A stretch of 64,000 nucleotides of DNA from Promethearchaeota archaeon (GTDB taxonomy: Archaea; Asgardarchaeota; Lokiarchaeia; Sigyniarchaeales; SOKP01). Positions 59,440 to 64,000 of this stretch are shown in pieces. A program made the translations under genes and the position numbers. The first letter of the stretch is position 1; each line of letters starts with the position of its first letter. The notes under the pieces are model-generated. The model did no database searches. It had not been told where the DNA came from and saw nothing but the letters and a program-made list of their open reading frames with translations. The stretch spans positions 27,377-91,376 of the forward strand of contig JAHLWS010000068.1 of NCBI GenBank assembly GCA_019057795.1, read 5' to 3'.

Positions 59440-60180
59440 CTATCTTTTAAAAAACACTTCTTTACTATACATTACATATTTTTTGATCGGATTTTTAGGT
59501 TGATTTTGGATGAAATTAATAATATCTTCAATCCTCTCAGGAACAATTGATAATTTCTCAGAAATCTCATTTATAGTAAGTTTTTCGAATTTTTCCGACA
59601 TTTGTTTAAATTGTATTAGGAGTAAAGTCTGATAAATGTTAAAAATTAGCAATTTCAAATTAGGAAAATTCTCATGCTTTAAATCTTTGACACAGTTTAA
59701 GATTTTCTCAGAGGCGTCATTGTAGTTTAGAACTCTATAGGAACTAATGATCGTATACAATTTCTTAATAAACTTGAAATACATATTGATATTATCACAC
59801 AGTTCTTGAAGATTATACCTATTTAGATTTTCGTCAACCTCGCTTTTCAGCATTGCTAACAATTTTGTGAAGTTTTCCAGGTTTGATTCAGTTAGGTTTT
59901 CCTTTAAAAGATTATCGTACCGTCTTAAATATATTTTGCGATGGTTATCGAATTCAACGCGAGCTTTTTGTTGTAATTCGTTAAATTCACCGAATTCATT
60001 CTTTAAATCGAAATTATTCTGGTGTTCTTCAATTAAAGTTAATGCAGATCCAATTTTTACCAACGCAGATTTGAAATCGTCAATATCTAACTTTTTTAAT
60101 ATAATAGATTTATAAACATTTAATTCTTCTAAGAGTTCTTTTTTACGCTTATATCCATCGACCTTATCATTTAAGCTCAT
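59440..60180 (-). CDS. Helical protein with a C-terminal PCI-like winged helix
   Basis: FKQMSEKFEKLTINEISEKLSIVPERIEDII. Confidence 0.6.
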   Translation of the reverse strand: MSLNDKVDGYKRKKELLEELNVYKSIILKKLDIDDFKSALVKIGSALTLIEEHQNNFDLKNEFGEFNELQQKARVEFDNHRKIYLRRYDNLLKENLTESNLENFTKLLAMLKSEVDENLNRYNLQELCDNINMYFKFIKKLYTIISSYRVLNYNDASEKILNCVKDLKHENFPNLKLLIFNIYQTLLLIQFKQMSEKFEKLTINEISEKLSIVPERIEDIINFIQNQPKNPIKKYVMYSKEVFFKR

Positions 60181-60280
60181 AATGACTTAGATAAAAAAGA
60201 GTGACTTATACCTATTATATCATAAAAGATAAATTACAAATATAAATTTATTATATTAAAATTAATAAAAAGTATAGGGA

Positions 60281-60913
60281 TTGGAAATGTCGAAAATCTG
60301 TTTAATTGTAGGTTCCCCGCGTAAAAATAGAAGTTGTAACTTTTTGATTGACCAAGCTATCGATGGCATAAAATCCGTAGACGGAGAATTTGAAATCAAC
60401 AAAATTCAAATAACTGATTTCAAACTTGCGCCTTGCAATGGTTGCGATCAATGTTTAAGACCTCCACACGATTGCCCCTTAGCGAAAGATGACGATACTA
60501 TTGAGTTAGAAAAATTATTATTAGGGTCAGATGCACTTCTTATAGCTGCTCCAAATTATTTTGGCTCCGTGAGCTCTCAAATAAAAGTATTTATCGATCG
60601 CTCAAGGCCGTGGAAAATGAAAAGTTATATGCTAAAAGATGTAATTTTTGCTCCATTAGCTTCAACAGGTTTAAGAAATGGTGGCCAAGGCGTAATTTCA
60701 GATTTAATTAATTTTGGATTAATTCATGGAATGATCGTGGTAGGTAACGCCATGGGTAGCCCAGTTCTTGAGGGAAACATACCTATAACTAGCCTCCAAA
60801 AATTTGGATTAAAAGAATTTGTTGGCAAGGGAGAAGTCGATGAACTAGGAGGTTTAATTGCTAAAAATACCGGAAAAAGAGTTGCCGAATTAATTATAAA
60901 AATGAAAAAATAA
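60281..60913 (+). CDS. Iron-sulfur flavoprotein (Isf)/flavodoxin family
   Basis: GSPRK, CNGCDQC..PHDC, PNYFG and RNGGQ. Confidence 0.9.
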   Translation: MEMSKICLIVGSPRKNRSCNFLIDQAIDGIKSVDGEFEINKIQITDFKLAPCNGCDQCLRPPHDCPLAKDDDTIELEKLLLGSDALLIAAPNYFGSVSSQIKVFIDRSRPWKMKSYMLKDVIFAPLASTGLRNGGQGVISDLINFGLIHGMIVVGNAMGSPVLEGNIPITSLQKFGLKEFVGKGEVDELGGLIAKNTGKRVAELIIKMKK

Positions 60914-60930
60914 AAATTTATTTGTTTTTT

Positions 60931-61749
60931 TTAGTCTGTATTAGGATTATCTGATTTTTCTTCAAGATCTTCTGCTTCTTCTTTAAGCTCTTCAGCTTTT
61001 TCTTCAAACTCTTCAGCTTTTTCCTCGAATTCTTTTGCTTCTTCTTTAAGCTCTTCAGCTTTTTCTTCAAACTCTTTAGCTTTTTCTTCAAACTCTTTAG
61101 CTTTTTCTACTTCAAGTTCTTTCGCGTCTTCTTTAAGTTCTTTCGCGTCTTCTTTAAGTTCTTTCACGTCTTCTTTTAGCTCTTCAGCTTTTTCTTCAAA
61201 CTCTTCAGCATCCTCTTTAAGTTCTTTCGCGTCTTCTTTTAGCTCTTCAGCTTTTTCTTTAAACTCTTCTGCATCCTCTTTTAGTTCTTCTGCATCCTCT
61301 TTTAGTTTTTTTGCTTTTTTCTCTTTAAGTTTTTTTGGTTTTTTCTCTACTTTCTCTTTAAGCTCTTTTGATTTTTTCTCTACTTTTACTTCAAGTTCCT
61401 CTGCTTTCTCGACCTTCTCTTTAAGTTTTTTTGCTTTTTTCTCTACTTTTTCTTCAAGTTCTTCTGCTTTTTCAACTTTCTCTTCTAGCTTTTTTGCTTT
61501 ATCAAGAAAACTTGGTTTTTTAAACCCTGCCCAAGCTATATTAACAATAGCTCCAGTTGTCATTATTATTACAAATATGGCTATATATAATGTTAGGCCA
61601 TCTTGAGGTTGAGGAAAAAATTGTAAAACATAGTTCATCCAACTAACCATCCAAGAACCCATAGGTGATACTATCGGGAATAAAAAAGTTAAAATGGCTG
61701 CAACAAAATCCGCAATAGCTTGAACTAACTCAGGTGTTTGAAAAATCAC
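60931..61749 (-). CDS. Membrane-anchored protein with a long heptad-repeat (KAEELKE/DAKELKE) coiled-coil tail
   Basis: Hydrophobic N-terminus followed by about 190 aa of E/K/A/L repeats. Confidence 0.8.
   Translation of the reverse strand: MIFQTPELVQAIADFVAAILTFLFPIVSPMGSWMVSWMNYVLQFFPQPQDGLTLYIAIFVIIMTTGAIVNIAWAGFKKPSFLDKAKKLEEKVEKAEELEEKVEKKAKKLKEKVEKAEELEVKVEKKSKELKEKVEKKPKKLKEKKAKKLKEDAEELKEDAEEFKEKAEELKEDAKELKEDAEEFEEKAEELKEDVKELKEDAKELKEDAKELEVEKAKEFEEKAKEFEEKAEELKEEAKEFEEKAEEFEEKAEELKEEAEDLEEKSDNPNTD
60955..61500 (-). repeat. Coding tandem repeat array (21-bp units distally, 33-bp units proximally)
   Basis: Repeated ttctttaagctcttcagcttt / ttctttaagttctttcgcgtc units. Confidence 0.85.
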
Positions 61750-62261
61750 GCTTTATCGATACCTCCTAACTGTTGTTTATATCTCTTCTCTCTAATTTTT
61801 TTCCGATTAATAATGAAATCGAAAAAATCGTATCCTTTAAGAATTATTGTAAGAAAATAAATGCCCATATACAGCATGACCATATTTTGAACATTTACAG
61901 CTATAAAACCAAAATTTGCTATTTCAATTACTATTTCGAAGCGTACTTCAGTAGCTCCGCTAAACTTATACGACCATATATACAAGCAATTTAAAATTAT
62001 TTGAATTAGCGAGAAAGTACCTTTTCTAATTGACTGTTTAGGAGAAGAATAGGTAAAAAATGCGCATGAACTAATCAGTAATCCAAATGCTGAAACCCAA
62101 AAAATTATTCTCTCATAATCTGGTTGTTCAAGTATAATGTCAACGCCGAGTATCTGAATTTCCCTGATTAAAGTAAAAGTGACAAATGGAATAACTATCG
62201 TTGTTGTTATATAAACACTCAGATATATTAAACCTTTAAAAATATTAAAACTACGCCCCAT
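61746..62261 (-). CDS. Hypothetical 4-TM membrane protein
   Basis: Hydrophobic segments; its stop overlaps the next gene's start. Confidence 0.75.
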   Translation of the reverse strand: MGRSFNIFKGLIYLSVYITTTIVIPFVTFTLIREIQILGVDIILEQPDYERIIFWVSAFGLLISSCAFFTYSSPKQSIRKGTFSLIQIILNCLYIWSYKFSGATEVRFEIVIEIANFGFIAVNVQNMVMLYMGIYFLTIILKGYDFFDFIINRKKIREKRYKQQLGGIDKA

Positions 62262-62273
62262 TTATATCACCCT

Positions 62274-62849
62274 CTATGGATAATGACCTGCCGGAAAGTT
62301 TATTATATTAACTTTAAAAGTATACAGATTAAGTGAATAAGATGCGCTAAATTTAAGGCTCGCATGAAATTCTAAAGCATAAGGTGTTCTATACCAATCT
62401 ACTTCTGTTAATGGATCTGGTAAATTATCAATAATAAATCCATCCGATGCCGTACCAGTGAAATTCGATTTTAGGAAATCTCCATGAGCTATGGTTCCAA
62501 TAAGTTCCTCTTTATCAAAGATTATTACAGTAGTCGTTTCATTTAATGGTGTTGATGCATTACCGTAAGTCAAATAAACTTGAAAACTTAATGTAATATT
62601 CGTTAAATCATATACTCCAGGATTTGAGATATTATAAGGAACATTAATATACATTGCACTTGGATTAGTAATATCAAAATTTGATGTTATATCTCCATCA
62701 GGAATGTTAATATTTTGTACGGAAGGATCAAAAATTGTCATAGCAGAGAAACCACCTAAAAGAGAGACAGCCGATAACGATAACGTGAAAACTAGCAAAA
62801 AAATTCTAATAGTCCATCTAAAGACACGTGATATCCTCATGTACATCAT
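62274..62849 (-). CDS. N-terminally anchored beta-rich protein (LEA_2/WHy-like)
   Basis: One TM, then INVPYNISNPGVYDLTNITLSF (N.N motif). Confidence 0.6.
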   Translation of the reverse strand: MMYMRISRVFRWTIRIFLLVFTLSLSAVSLLGGFSAMTIFDPSVQNINIPDGDITSNFDITNPSAMYINVPYNISNPGVYDLTNITLSFQVYLTYGNASTPLNETTTVIIFDKEELIGTIAHGDFLKSNFTGTASDGFIIDNLPDPLTEVDWYRTPYALEFHASLKFSASYSLNLYTFKVNIINFPAGHYP

Positions 62850-63083
62850 TTTTTATTTAGATATTTAAGATTAACAATAGATAGATTAAAGGAATATATA
62901 AATTTAATTTATTGATTAAAAGTTGTTTATATTGAAAAAAATTTTCAATAAAAAAATCTATCAAATCTCCTATTGCTTCTGCTTGTCTTTCGTTAGACCA
63001 TTTAAGCATTGATATTTATAAATTTATTGTCAAGTTAGATAAAAGAAGGGAAGTCTTTAAATACGGCACGGGCACAACCGTGT

Positions 63084-63120
63084 ATCACTTTATCTTCAAA
63101 AATTTTCAAGATAAGTTCAT
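63084..63120 (-). promoter_or_regulatory. Eukaryote-type (Loki) SECIS element in the 3' UTR
   Basis: RNA 5'-AUGA AC UUAUCUU GAAAAUUUUUG AAGAUAA A GU GA U-3': AUGA/GA core, 9-bp stem with one bulged A, and an A-rich apical loop. It starts 3 nt after the stop of a UGA-containing ORF. Confidence 0.75.
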
Positions 63121-63123
63121 CTA

Positions 63124-63498
63124 TTAACCGTATACATTTGAATTTTTTTTTATGAACAACAAACCTACTTTTTTACCTTCGACTTCTCCTATTGCCGCAT
63201 CCACTATAATTAATGGTTTTTTTTCCAATTCAGGAATGATTTCCTTTTCGATATATATTTCCACACGCTGATTTTTAAAGTTTTCGTTTTCAATGTCAAT
63301 ATCCTTCCATTCGACAAAATCGTGGTCGTCTAAGAGTTTGTGTTTTTCTACTAACTCGACAAAGTTACCACAGAAGCACATTGTTCAGGATTCAGCTGAA
63401 TGATAAAAAAGTACTACTACTAATTTTTCTGATTCCATTTTTTGTTGTTCTTCAAAAATATAATCCAAAGCCGTTTTTGAGAACGATAATTTAAACAA
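63124..63498 (-). CDS. Putative selenoprotein, 124 aa, Sec38 in a U-x-x-C-x-C motif (HesB/IscA-like fold suspected)
   Basis: TTG at 63498 after a GGTGA RBS; MFKLSFSKTALDYIFEEQQKMESEKLVVVLFYHSAES-TGA(63385-87)-TMCFCGNFVELVEK... The ORF track shows only the post-UGA part. Confidence 0.78.
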
Positions 63499-63677
63499 TT
63501 TTCACCAAAATCCTTTTTTTATTAGTTTGTATTTACTAAAGTATAAATTTTAAAATTATTATTTAATTTAAATCTTAAGTTTACAAGTTAAGTATCAAAA
63601 AAAAAGTTTTTCTTAATATAACTAACGACATTAATGAATTTAAAGACGTTGAAGAAAAAAGTAGGGGGGATGGATTC

Positions 63678-64000
63678 TTAATTTGGCAGTAGACGCCTTA
63701 AATTTAGCGTCTTGAAAAGCTTTGAAGCGTTTTTAGGAATTTTTTCAAGTTTCCAAAGAGGTTTTGCTTTTGGGCTGGTTAAAATTTTAAGAGCGTGTAT
63801 TGCTCTTAGTTCGCTGAGAAGCTCGTTGTAACTCGTAGGTACCGATTTTCTCGCCAATTTCAACCTGAGTAGCGATAATAAAAGCAAGGAAATCACGCAC
63901 AAGAACACATGAGCCCGGACAGAAGAGTCTGCGTGGTGATACATCGGTCGAATGGCAATAGAAGTTGGACTTTTCATGTCCCGAAAGGCGTGTTCTACAA
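63678..64000 (-). mobile_element. IS1634-family (IS4 superfamily) transposase, C-terminal part; runs off the window
   Basis: VEHAFRDMKS...IRPMYH...VRAHVFLCVISLLL. Confidence 0.85.

Noticed and set aside
60955-61500. Repeat array as a CRISPR or non-coding satellite
   Set aside because: The units are multiples of 3, lie in an open frame and encode a coiled coil.

Overview
AT-rich archaeal DNA that is almost certainly from an Asgard archaeon (Lokiarchaeia-like). Evidence for this: an actin-family protein, a Rab/Ras-like small GTPase, longin/roadblock-like proteins, a JAMM-TPR protein, PCI/winged-helix proteins, a Loki-CTERM-type surface protein and GGTGA ribosome-binding sites. The left ~34 kb is mosaic. 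It holds a four-gene membrane cluster built around a >1240-aa HerA/VirB4-like pseudo-ATPase that the ORF track misses, a SWIM-containing Hel308-like helicase, a HEPN gene, a corrinoid methyltransferase triad, a chimeric DUF364/phage-like ORF and a solo tnpB. The right part is mostly housekeeping (folD, purH, guaB, prenyl synthase) mixed with eukaryotic-signature genes. The strongest new observation is an unannotated 124-aa selenoprotein candidate at 63124-63498 (-). It has an in-frame UGA in a U-x-x-C-x-C motif and a eukaryote-type AUGA...GA SECIS hairpin 3 nt after its stop codon. All family assignments come from motif recognition by eye; no database searches were run. I recognised no rRNA, tRNA or CRISPR array.
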